DNA of 56,552 nucleotides from Chloroflexota bacterium (GCA_043818095.1 JBDRGD010000005.1:1-56552); one strand, 5' to 3'; positions 1-6,846 are shown, counted from the stretch's first letter. The notes: generated by a model from the sequence alone, not told the origin. Program-made: numbers and translations.

Positions 1-582
1 CAATACATTCGTAGGATAGACAAATCGCTTTCCAAGCCAGTTTGAAACATTCTTGCCAAAACCGCTTCCGACCTTAGACTCATCTCTAATAAGGTCTTTT
101 TCACTCAGTTTCACTAATCTTTTTTTACTCCAATCACCTATCGGAACCATAACAGCTTCTTGGTACATCTTGAATTTCTTTTGCTTGTTGAACTGTAAGC
201 ATCGTTCCCAGGCATCCCTGAAACGATTAGGCCACTTACCTGGGTAACAGTTCTTCTTATGCCAGATATATTCCTCTGTCCAGAGCCAACCTTGTTTTTT
301 CATTTCGAGGATTAATTCAAGAACATAAGTCTGACGTTCGCCGTCTTCCGTTCTTTCTTTTATGTTTAAGATGAAAGTGCCGTCATTCTTTAAGACTCGC
401 TTCAATTCGGAGGATATAGGTAAAAACCAACTGACATATTCTTTTATGGGGATTCCCTTGTACGTTTTTTTCCGGTTATCAGCATATGGTGGGGAAGTAA
501 AAATCAGATTGATACAAGAATCCGGGAGAGATTTTAGAACAGTTAAGGAGTCACCCTGAATTATTTTATCTATTTCAAACAT
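1..582 (-). CDS. DNA methyltransferase, N6-adenine/N4-cytosine type (N6_N4_Mtase-like), partial; C-terminus runs off the window start
   Basis: Not in the supplied ORF track. Reverse-strand ATG at 582-580 is open to base 1 (194 codons): MFEIDKIIQGDSLTVLKSLPDSCINLIFTSPPYADNRKKTYKGIPIKEYVSWF... The GDS..L..LPD plus SPPY motif near the N-terminus is the beta-class amino-MTase arrangement. Region is visibly AT-rich compared with neighbouring rsgA. Confidence 0.75.
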   Translation of the reverse strand, partial: MFEIDKIIQGDSLTVLKSLPDSCINLIFTSPPYADNRKKTYKGIPIKEYVSWFLPISSELKRVLKNDGTFILNIKERTEDGERQTYVLELILEMKKQGWLWTEEYIWHKKNCYPGKWPNRFRDAWERCLQFNKQKKFKMYQEAVMVPIGDWSKKRLVKLSEKDLIRDESKVGSGFGKNVSNWLGKRFVYPTNVL

Positions 583-747
583 CAGCAAGCCCGTCTGAAA
601 TTATTATCTTTGAATTATAGTTTACTAAAAAATCGGATTTATAACCACTATTTAGGGGGGGAATTTTTTACTTTTATTTCCCCCTCAACCTCTTCATCAC
701 CGCTTTATAGTAAAGCCGCGCCAGGTTTTTGCCAGCTTTTACACCTG

Positions 748-1812
748 CTACCTCTTCTTGTGGTGCTTCATGACTGACTTGACGAACTGTCCGAACTTCC
801 GGTCTTTTTGCCGTTTTTCCAGGTATGACATCTGGTAATGTGCCGATTCCCGGACCAGTTTCAGGTAGCTCTGATAGCGGTCTTCGCCCAGCTCACCGGT
901 ACGGATAGCGGCCAGTACGGCGCAGCCGGTTTCGCCGGTGTGGGTGCAGTCGTTAAAACGGCACCTGGCTGCCAGCTCCAGGATATCGGCAAAGCTTTCG
1001 TCAATGCCGGCATCGGTAGCAATATTCCCCAGCTCACGCATTCCCGGGGTGTCCACCAGCATTGCCCCACCCTCGAGGACGACCAGTTGCCGCCGTGCCG
1101 TGGTGTGCCGGCCCCTCCCGTCTTTTTCTCGCACCAGGTTGGTTTTAAATTCTTCCTGGCCGATGAGGTGGTTCAGGAGGGTGGTTTTGCCGACGCCGGA
1201 CGAGCCGAGCAGGCAATAGGTATTACCGGGTTGCAGCGCCTGCCGGACCTGGGGCAACCCCGAGCCGGTATTGATGCTGTATCCAATGACTTCATCTTTA
1301 AAGCCCGTATCTTTTATCGCGGCGATGCGCTGTTCCAGTCCTTCCGGGCTGACCAGGTCGCTCTTGCTCAGGAGCACCAGCGGCCGGATGCCGCCTTCCC
1401 GCACCATCACCAGGTATCTTTCCAACCGCCTCAGGTTGAAGTTGAAATCGCAGGACTGGACGATGAGCGCGGTGTCGATATTGGCGGCAATCATCTGGTA
1501 GTCCACCTTTTTCCCGGCGGTCTTGCGCCGCAGGAATGTCTTCCGGGGAAATAGGGCGTGGATGATAGCGAGGCTGTTATCGTTGTGGAAGTCCGCGCAG
1601 ACCCAGTCCCCGACGACGGGGTAGTCCGCGCCGGTCTCCAGGGAAAACATAAAGTTCCCCGAAAGCTCCGCAAAGACTTCGCCGCCGGTACCCCGGACGA
1701 GGTAACCGCCCCGGTCCACCGCAGTCACGCGGGCGGTGTTGCCGCCGGGCGGAGTGTTCTCCGGCGCCCCCTCCCGGAACCAGTCCGTAAAGCCGAGTTC
1801 AACTAATTCCAT
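748..1812 (-). CDS. rsgA: Ribosome small-subunit-dependent GTPase RsgA (YjeQ)
   Basis: GSSGVGKTTLLNHL P-loop, permuted GTPase order (LLSKSDL before P-loop), C-terminal Zn knuckle CRFNDCTHTGETGCAV. Start placed at internal ATG (MELVELGF...) rather than the track's 1869. Confidence 0.9.
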   Translation of the reverse strand: MELVELGFTDWFREGAPENTPPGGNTARVTAVDRGGYLVRGTGGEVFAELSGNFMFSLETGADYPVVGDWVCADFHNDNSLAIIHALFPRKTFLRRKTAGKKVDYQMIAANIDTALIVQSCDFNFNLRRLERYLVMVREGGIRPLVLLSKSDLVSPEGLEQRIAAIKDTGFKDEVIGYSINTGSGLPQVRQALQPGNTYCLLGSSGVGKTTLLNHLIGQEEFKTNLVREKDGRGRHTTARRQLVVLEGGAMLVDTPGMRELGNIATDAGIDESFADILELAARCRFNDCTHTGETGCAVLAAIRTGELGEDRYQSYLKLVRESAHYQMSYLEKRQKDRKFGQFVKSVMKHHKKR

Positions 1813-2289
1813 AACGATATTGTGGAATATTATCGGGGATAATTGCAAGGGCAAGTCCGTGCCCGGCATCTCTGCCAGCCCTCCCCGCTTATAAAATCTT
1901 CATGATAACTTTGCGTAAAATTTAGGATATTTATGCCGTTGTTAATGGTCGCGTGATAAGGTTGATTCGTGATAGGGAAAACGTGGGGGAACAAAATTAA
2001 AATCGGGGAGGCGGGGTAAAATGCAGAGTTTTGTGATTACCGGAAAGGCCAGCACGGTTTTCCGCCTTATCGAGCTAAAGGCGAAGTATGAAAAAGCCAC
2101 CCGTGCGGTGCAGCAGCCGGCGGACAAAAAACAGAAACCGGCTTGAACCTGCGGCGGCGCATGCTTCAGCTATTGCGCTTTAGCCTCTTCATCACCGCGT
2201 CATAGTACAGCTGCGCCAGGTTTTTCCCGTGCTTCTGGATTTGCTCCTTCTTCTTGCGGAGCTTTCTCTCCCGGCGCTCCTGGTGCGTC

Positions 2290-4296
2290 TCAGCGTGGTT
2301 GTCGGACTCGTTCCTCATACTCCACCATGACCTCGCTTTTTCTCAGCTCGACGACGCGGTCGCGCAGGAGGGCGGCTTTCTCAAAGTCCAGCTTTTTCGC
2401 GGCGGCTTTCATCTGCGCTTCCAAATCCTTGATGAGCCGGGCGATTTCCTCCCGGCTGGGCGGGACGGCGGCGGTATAGTCGGCCCTGGTCTCCGCCACC
2501 GCTTTCACACGCTCCGTAATGTCCCGGATGGCCTTGCGGATGCCCTGCGGGGTGATACCGTGCTCCCGGTTATAGTCCTCCTGAACGCGGCGTCGGCGCG
2601 TTGTCTCGTCCATCGCCGCCTGCATGGAGCCGGTGACCGTGTCCGCGTACATGATAACGTGCCCGTCGATGTGGCGGGCGGCGCGACCCATCGTCTGGAT
2701 AAGCGCCTGCCGGGAGCGCAGGTAGCCCTCCTTGTCCGCGTCGAGAATCGCCACCAGGCTCACCTCCGGCAAATCCAAGCCCTCCCGCAGCAGGTTGATG
2801 CCGACCACGACGTCATAGACCCCGAGGCGCAGGTCCCGCAGTATCTCAATTCTTTCCAGCGTATCGATTTCCGAGTGCAGATAGTGGGTCTTGACGCCCA
2901 GCTCCAGGAGGTAATCGGCAAGCTCCTCCGCCATGCGCTTGGTCAGGGTGGTCACTAGGCAGCGCGTGCCCTTTTCTACGCGCTTCCGGATTTCCTCCAG
3001 CAGGTCGTCGACTTGCCCCTTCGTCGGCTTGATTTCAATCGTGGGCTCGAGGAGGCCGGTGGGGCGGATAAGCTGCTCCACCACCTGGGTGCTGTGGCTG
3101 AGCTCGTAGTCCGCGGGGGTGGCGGAGGTATAAACGACCTGATTGATGCGCTCCTGGAACTCGTCGAAGTTCAGGGGTCGATTGTCCAGCGCGGAGGGCA
3201 GGCGGAAGCCGTAGTCCACCAGCGTTTCCTTGCGGGAGCGGTCGCCGCGGTACATGCCGCGTATCTGCGGCAGGGTCATGTGCGACTCGTCGATAAAGAG
3301 GAGGAAGTCCTCCGGGAAGTAGTCCACCAGCGTCCAGGGGGCGCTGCCGGGGGCGCGCCCGGCGAGGTGGCGGGAATAGTTCTCCACGGAGTTGCAGTAG
3401 CCGGCCTCCCGCAGCATTTCCAGGTCATAGCTGGTGCGCGCTTCGAGGCGCGCCGCTTCCAGCAGCTTGCCCTGCTGCTTTAGCTCGGCGAGGCGCTCTT
3501 TCAGCTCCTGCTCGATGCTCTCCAGGGCACGCATGAGCTTGTCGTGGGAGGTCACGAAGTGGCGGGCGGGATAGATATCGATTTCCTCCAGCTCGCCGAG
3601 GAGCTCCCCGGTCAGGGGGTCGATGTTGATGATACGCTCGATGTCATCGCCGAAGAACTCGATACGCAAGGCGATTTCTTCATAAGAAGGCTGGACTTCC
3701 AGGGTGTCCCCGCGGATGCGGAACCGGCCCCGGGTAAAGTCCATGTCGTTCCGCTCGTACTGCATGTCCACGAGTCGGCGCAGCAGCTTCTGCCGATTGA
3801 ACGTCTCCCCCTTTTTCAGGCTGACGACGAAGCTGCGGTACTCCTCCGGCTCGCCGAGGCCGTAGATGCAGGAAACCGAAGCGACGATGACCACGTCCCG
3901 CCGCTCGAAGAGGGCGCGGGTGGCGGCGTGGCGCAGCTTGTCGATTTCGTCATTGATGTCGATGTCTTTCTCGATATAGGTGTCGGTGCGGGGGAGGTAA
4001 GCCTCCGGCTGGTAGTAGTCGTAATAGCTGACGAAGTATTCCACGGCATTGTGGGGGAAGAAGTCCCGGAACTCGCTGGAGAGCTGGGCGGCGAGGGTCT
4101 TGTTGTGGCAGATGACCAGCGCGGGGCGCTGCACGCGGGCGATGACGTTGGCCATGGTGAAGGTCTTGCCGCTGCCGGTGACACCCAGCAGGGTCTGGTG
4201 CTTTTCCCGCCTCTCCAGCCCCGCCACCAGCTTGTCCACCGCCTGCGGCTGGTCGCCGGTCATCTGGAAGTCGGCCACGATTTCAAACTGCGGCAT
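2290..4296 (-). CDS. uvrB: Excinuclease ABC subunit B
   Basis: 668 aa; [10 protein letters not shown] Walker A, helicase motifs, C-terminal UVR domain ([18 protein letters not shown]). Confidence 0.97.
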   Translation of the reverse strand: MPQFEIVADFQMTGDQPQAVDKLVAGLERREKHQTLLGVTGSGKTFTMANVIARVQRPALVICHNKTLAAQLSSEFRDFFPHNAVEYFVSYYDYYQPEAYLPRTDTYIEKDIDINDEIDKLRHAATRALFERRDVVIVASVSCIYGLGEPEEYRSFVVSLKKGETFNRQKLLRRLVDMQYERNDMDFTRGRFRIRGDTLEVQPSYEEIALRIEFFGDDIERIINIDPLTGELLGELEEIDIYPARHFVTSHDKLMRALESIEQELKERLAELKQQGKLLEAARLEARTSYDLEMLREAGYCNSVENYSRHLAGRAPGSAPWTLVDYFPEDFLLFIDESHMTLPQIRGMYRGDRSRKETLVDYGFRLPSALDNRPLNFDEFQERINQVVYTSATPADYELSHSTQVVEQLIRPTGLLEPTIEIKPTKGQVDDLLEEIRKRVEKGTRCLVTTLTKRMAEELADYLLELGVKTHYLHSEIDTLERIEILRDLRLGVYDVVVGINLLREGLDLPEVSLVAILDADKEGYLRSRQALIQTMGRAARHIDGHVIMYADTVTGSMQAAMDETTRRRRVQEDYNREHGITPQGIRKAIRDITERVKAVAETRADYTAAVPPSREEIARLIKDLEAQMKAAAKKLDFEKAALLRDRVVELRKSEVMVEYEERVRQPR

Positions 4297-4558
4297 GTTA
4301 CTGCGGCGGAGCGGTGATGATGGCGGCGAGGACTACGCCGAACAAGGCGCCGAAAATAGCCCCTGACCAGGGGTTCCCGGTGGCCCCTCAGCCCGGGGCG
4401 CCGCCGCGGCTCCGGGCTCTCCCGAGCAGCCAGCCCAGCCCCCCGCCGATGATGCCGCCGATGACCATGAATAAATACGTCATTGTCCGCCCCCCTGTTT
4501 CCAGTATATCCTTATTTCGGGGGCGCGGGCAAAGTCCGGCGGGACGTCGGGGGGTATT

Positions 4559-4825
4559 TTAGCTTTTTTCCGCCTGTTCCCGGATGTCCCGGAGGCATTC
4601 CCAGAGGTAAGCGGCTTCCCGGTCATGGGGCGCCGTGGCGAGCATGCGGTAAACATTATCGAAGCGCCAGCGGCTGCCTATCTCCCCGGAGGCGGCAATC
4701 TCCCGCCCCCTTCTTACCGCCCAGCGCGTCTGCATCGGCTTGATGACGGTAAGGCTGAAGGCGATGACCGCGCCCAACGCCAGCAGCAGCAATATGTAGA
4801 AGAGTAACCATGTCTGCATGTACAT
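4559..4825 (-). CDS. Hypothetical small membrane-anchored protein
   Basis: 88 aa with a single N-terminal hydrophobic helix (WLLFYILLLLALGAVIAFSL). Co-oriented with uvrB. No family recognised. Confidence 0.45.
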   Translation of the reverse strand: MYMQTWLLFYILLLLALGAVIAFSLTVIKPMQTRWAVRRGREIAASGEIGSRWRFDNVYRMLATAPHDREAAYLWECLRDIREQAEKS

Positions 4826-4900
4826 AACAGTCCCCCTCAGTTTTAGTGTAACGTCCCCAGTTTAACCGCCCGCCCCGCGGCGGACAACGAGGTTAACTTT

Positions 4901-4953
4901 GGGGTGGGGTGGGGGGAGACATATAAAAAGGAGGATAGCGAGGTGGGGAGGGA
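4901..4953. repeat. G-rich direct repeat, copy A (downstream flank of TA cassette)
   Basis: GGGGTGGGGTGGGGGGAGAC-ATA-TAAAAAGGAG... The 20-nt core is identical to 5709-5728 and the following TAAAAAGGAG block is also shared. Confidence 0.75.
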
Positions 4954-4973
4954 CAAAAAGAAAGCGTCCTTAA

Positions 4974-5267
4974 TTACGGGTGCGGGGTAATCGCAATGAT
5001 GGTGATTGTTTCTTTTGCCGGTCCGTAATACCAGAAGACCCGGTAAGCAGCCGGGGTCTTTTGCTGGGCATAGGATTCAAAGACCTTTTCGCCGTTGGGG
5101 CCCTCTAAACTGAAGAACTGGTGGGACTGGAGACTGTTGTGTCTGGGATTCTGTGATAATAATTGAATAGTTTTCCTAACCGCTTTGTAGGGGATGTTTT
5201 GGGAAAGGGAAGCCTTAAGTAATGCGCAGGTCTTTTCGGCTTCTTCCGTCCATTCTATCTGAAACAA
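4974..5267 (-). CDS. Type II toxin, RelE/ParE superfamily-like
   Basis: 97 aa, 11 nt downstream of an AbrB-type antitoxin. The C-terminal AYRVFWYYGP...ITIIAITPHP pattern is typical of RelE/ParE-fold toxins. Confidence 0.75.
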   Translation of the reverse strand: MFQIEWTEEAEKTCALLKASLSQNIPYKAVRKTIQLLSQNPRHNSLQSHQFFSLEGPNGEKVFESYAQQKTPAAYRVFWYYGPAKETITIIAITPHP

Positions 5268-5278
5268 GACCGCAGACC

Positions 5279-5560
5279 CTATAAACTATCGAGGTCAACC
5301 CTGGAAACCCTGCCGTCAGCAGCGTCAGCCAGCCCGCGCCGGACGGATACAATGGCTTCTGGGTTTTGGAATAACCACGCCTCGGAAGCCGGAATGGTCA
5401 CCTGGGGGTCCAGAACGATTTGCCCAAGACTGTTCGAGTAGACATGATAGGTGATGCCTTCCTTTACCACGGTTTTGGGCAGGACCACCCTCTTTTTGGC
5501 ATCCGGCTTCACGCCTTCCGCTATCTTTTTAAGATTGTCATCTTTGATGATGGTTGTCAT
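5279..5560 (-). CDS. Type II antitoxin, AbrB/MazE/SpoVT-type DNA-binding domain
   Basis: MTTIIKDDNLKKIAEGVKPDAKKRVVLPKTVV... then EAWLFQNPEAIVSVRRGLADAADG. ATG at 5560 is preferred over the track's TTG at 5608, because a promoter sits at 5580-5608 and a GGGGA RBS lies 7 nt upstream of 5560. Confidence 0.78.
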   Translation of the reverse strand: MTTIIKDDNLKKIAEGVKPDAKKRVVLPKTVVKEGITYHVYSNSLGQIVLDPQVTIPASEAWLFQNPEAIVSVRRGLADAADGRVSRVDLDSL

Positions 5561-5579
5561 GTTCCAATCCCCATTTATT

Positions 5580-5608
5580 AATATATCCTTTGTGGGACGG
5601 ATTGTCAA
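5580..5608 (-). promoter_or_regulatory. Sigma70-like promoter of the TA operon with flanking GTCCCAC repeats
   Basis: Reverse strand reads GTCCCAC-TTGACA-ATCC-GTCCCAC-AAAGGA-TATATT. This gives -35 TTGACA, a 17-nt spacer and -10 TATATT. The 7-nt direct repeat sits on both sides of the -35 and is operator-like. Confidence 0.55.
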
Positions 5609-5635
5609 GTGGGACTAGCCCACATTTCCTTGTCT

Positions 5636-5690
5636 TTGCGAGCGCAGCGAAGCAATCTGGAGATTGCCGCGGGGCGGAAGCCCCTCGCAA
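5636..5690. repeat. Structured palindromic (REP/MITE-like) intergenic element
   Basis: Outer stem TTGCGAG (5636-42) / CTCGCAA (5684-90) encloses two hairpins: GCAATCT-GG-AGATTGC (5652-67) and GGGGC-GGAA-GCCCC (5671-84). It translates to the CERSEAIS / ASLRSQRQ-type pseudo-peptides typical of intergenic repeat families. Confidence 0.5.
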
Positions 5691-5708
5691 TGACGGAATT
5701 TAAGAGCG

Positions 5709-5762
5709 GGGGTGGGGTGGGGGGAGACCTCTAAAAAGGAGAGCGCTACTGGAGGGAGAAGA
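5709..5762. repeat. G-rich direct repeat, copy B (upstream flank of TA cassette)
   Basis: GGGGTGGGGTGGGGGGAGAC-CTC-TAAAAAGGAG... matches 4901-4953. Confidence 0.75.
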
Positions 5763-5814
5763 TGGGGCAAGAGTTTGTTATCGGCATGATTAAGCACCAT
5801 CTATTATCCAAAGG

Positions 5815-6840
5815 CTAAAATTTGAAAATTGTGTCTGAATCGAAAAAGGATATCTTATGTTTGTAAAAAATTTCATTGAAACGTGCTAAATCCTTAGAAA
5901 TCTGTCCTTGATTTTTTTCGTCGATATGGATAGCAATAGCCAATTCTTTATTACTTCTACGGCTTATCGCATTGACAATATGTGCATCTTGGGTTGATAA
6001 AGACGAGCCATAAATTATTAATTTATTATTGGAATCACGGAATTCTCTCAACGCAAAGGTTAAATAATCATTACTGCGGATTGCTTCTAACTTCTTTTCA
6101 GGTTTACCCTCGCTAATGAATAGAGGGATAATACCATCTACAATTGCTTCATCGATAAGGTCTATGAGTTCGTTTTTATTACCACGACGGATTATTTTTA
6201 CTGTGTGTATTGGTTCTTCAAAAATAAAAAGCGCACCATGAAGATAGTGGATATGTTTATTTGGATATTCATCGCTATCCATGAATTGGTTAAATCGGGC
6301 ATCCGCTTCATATTCTTTCCAGAAATAATCGCTGTATTTTTGCTTCGTTTTATCCTTCTCACATCTGTCCTTCACCAACATAATAATATGATATAAGAAA
6401 AGGTCGTAGTTCAATGTATAAATATCGCCAAATTCATCAAGTTGTATAGCTATTCGAGTTAATTGAGCTTGATTAATATTTGAATATGAAGGGTGGTTGC
6501 TTTTAATGGACTTTATTAATCCGTTTCTTAAAATATCAATAGCACGTATAATTCCATCACTAGGTTTTATCTTAAATAATTTGTTAACTTCCAGAGCATT
6601 AATCAGTGTTTCTTGGATGAGTTCGAAGTTATTATTATGAAAGCTAGTGAAAATCTCTTGGTCTTCAAATTCTAGATTATCAACAAACTTTTGGAACAAT
6701 GATTCATATTTTAAATGACCTACTAAATTAATTGAAAATCCGTTACCTAATAACAAATCAGCGCCAATAAAATCGGGAGAAATCTCTGACCAATTATGGA
6801 TTTTAATGCCTTCCTTTAATTTGCCGGGATATATATCCAT
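5815..6840 (-). CDS. DUF4917-family protein (SIR2-like fold suspected)
   Basis: 341 aa. LLLGNGFS near the N-terminus, IYTLNYD mid-protein, then HYLHGALFIF and PLFISEGKPEKKLEAIRSNDYL, which match my recollection of DUF4917 family motifs and echo the SIR2_2 GxGxS / TTNYD / HLHG pattern. Strikingly AT-rich against a GC-rich background. ATG lies 6 nt after the stop of the upstream GC-rich gene. Confidence 0.8.
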   Translation of the reverse strand: MDIYPGKLKEGIKIHNWSEISPDFIGADLLLGNGFSINLVGHLKYESLFQKFVDNLEFEDQEIFTSFHNNNFELIQETLINALEVNKLFKIKPSDGIIRAIDILRNGLIKSIKSNHPSYSNINQAQLTRIAIQLDEFGDIYTLNYDLFLYHIIMLVKDRCEKDKTKQKYSDYFWKEYEADARFNQFMDSDEYPNKHIHYLHGALFIFEEPIHTVKIIRRGNKNELIDLIDEAIVDGIIPLFISEGKPEKKLEAIRSNDYLTFALREFRDSNNKLIIYGSSLSTQDAHIVNAISRRSNKELAIAIHIDEKNQGQISKDLARFNEIFYKHKISFFDSDTIFKF

Positions 6841-6846
6841 TCCCTC

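Noticed and set aside
654-686. G7-AA-T-rich loop-TT-C5 hairpin downstream of rsgA as a terminator.
   Set aside because: The stem is imperfect with a 14-nt loop and has no proper U-tract in the rsgA direction. It also overlaps the end of the out-of-frame tail ORF, so it is too weak to call.
2021-2146. 41-codon plus-strand ORF (MQSFVITGKASTVFRLIELKAKYEKATRAVQQPADKKQKPA) with a GGGGAGG about 8 nt upstream, in the rsgA-uvrB intergenic region.
   Set aside because: It has a plausible RBS but no recognisable family. It is very short and oriented against both flanking genes, so I cannot support it without conservation or expression data.
4388-4390. In-frame TGA in the small membrane ORF as a selenocysteine codon or genetic-code reassignment.
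   Set aside because: I could identify no SECIS-like hairpin immediately downstream. The context is a Gly-rich loop, not a redox motif. TGA clearly terminates other genes here (uvrB, CoA-transferase A). It is kept only as a read-through/pseudogene question in the findings.
4314-4562. 82-aa Pro-rich plus-strand ORF (and 4483-4743) between uvrB and the small membrane-protein gene.
   Set aside because: It is antisense to the RBS-preceded small Gly-rich membrane ORF, has a low-complexity Pro/Ala/Arg composition and has no RBS.
4861-4900. Possible integron attC-like site next to the TA cassette (two GTTAAC sites flanking a CCGCCCGCCCCGCGGCGG palindrome).
   Set aside because: No integron integrase or attI is present in the window. 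The sequence does not fit the GTTRRRY R-box consensus (GTTAACT has C at an R position), and no second comparable site follows the next cassette.
5615-5800. 61-aa ORF (…CEGLPPRGNLQIASLRSQRQGNVG) between the DUF4917 gene and the TA cassette.
   Set aside because: It reads straight through the palindromic repeat element and the G-rich repeat, so the peptide is the usual artefact of translating an intergenic repeat. There is no RBS and no coding-like composition.
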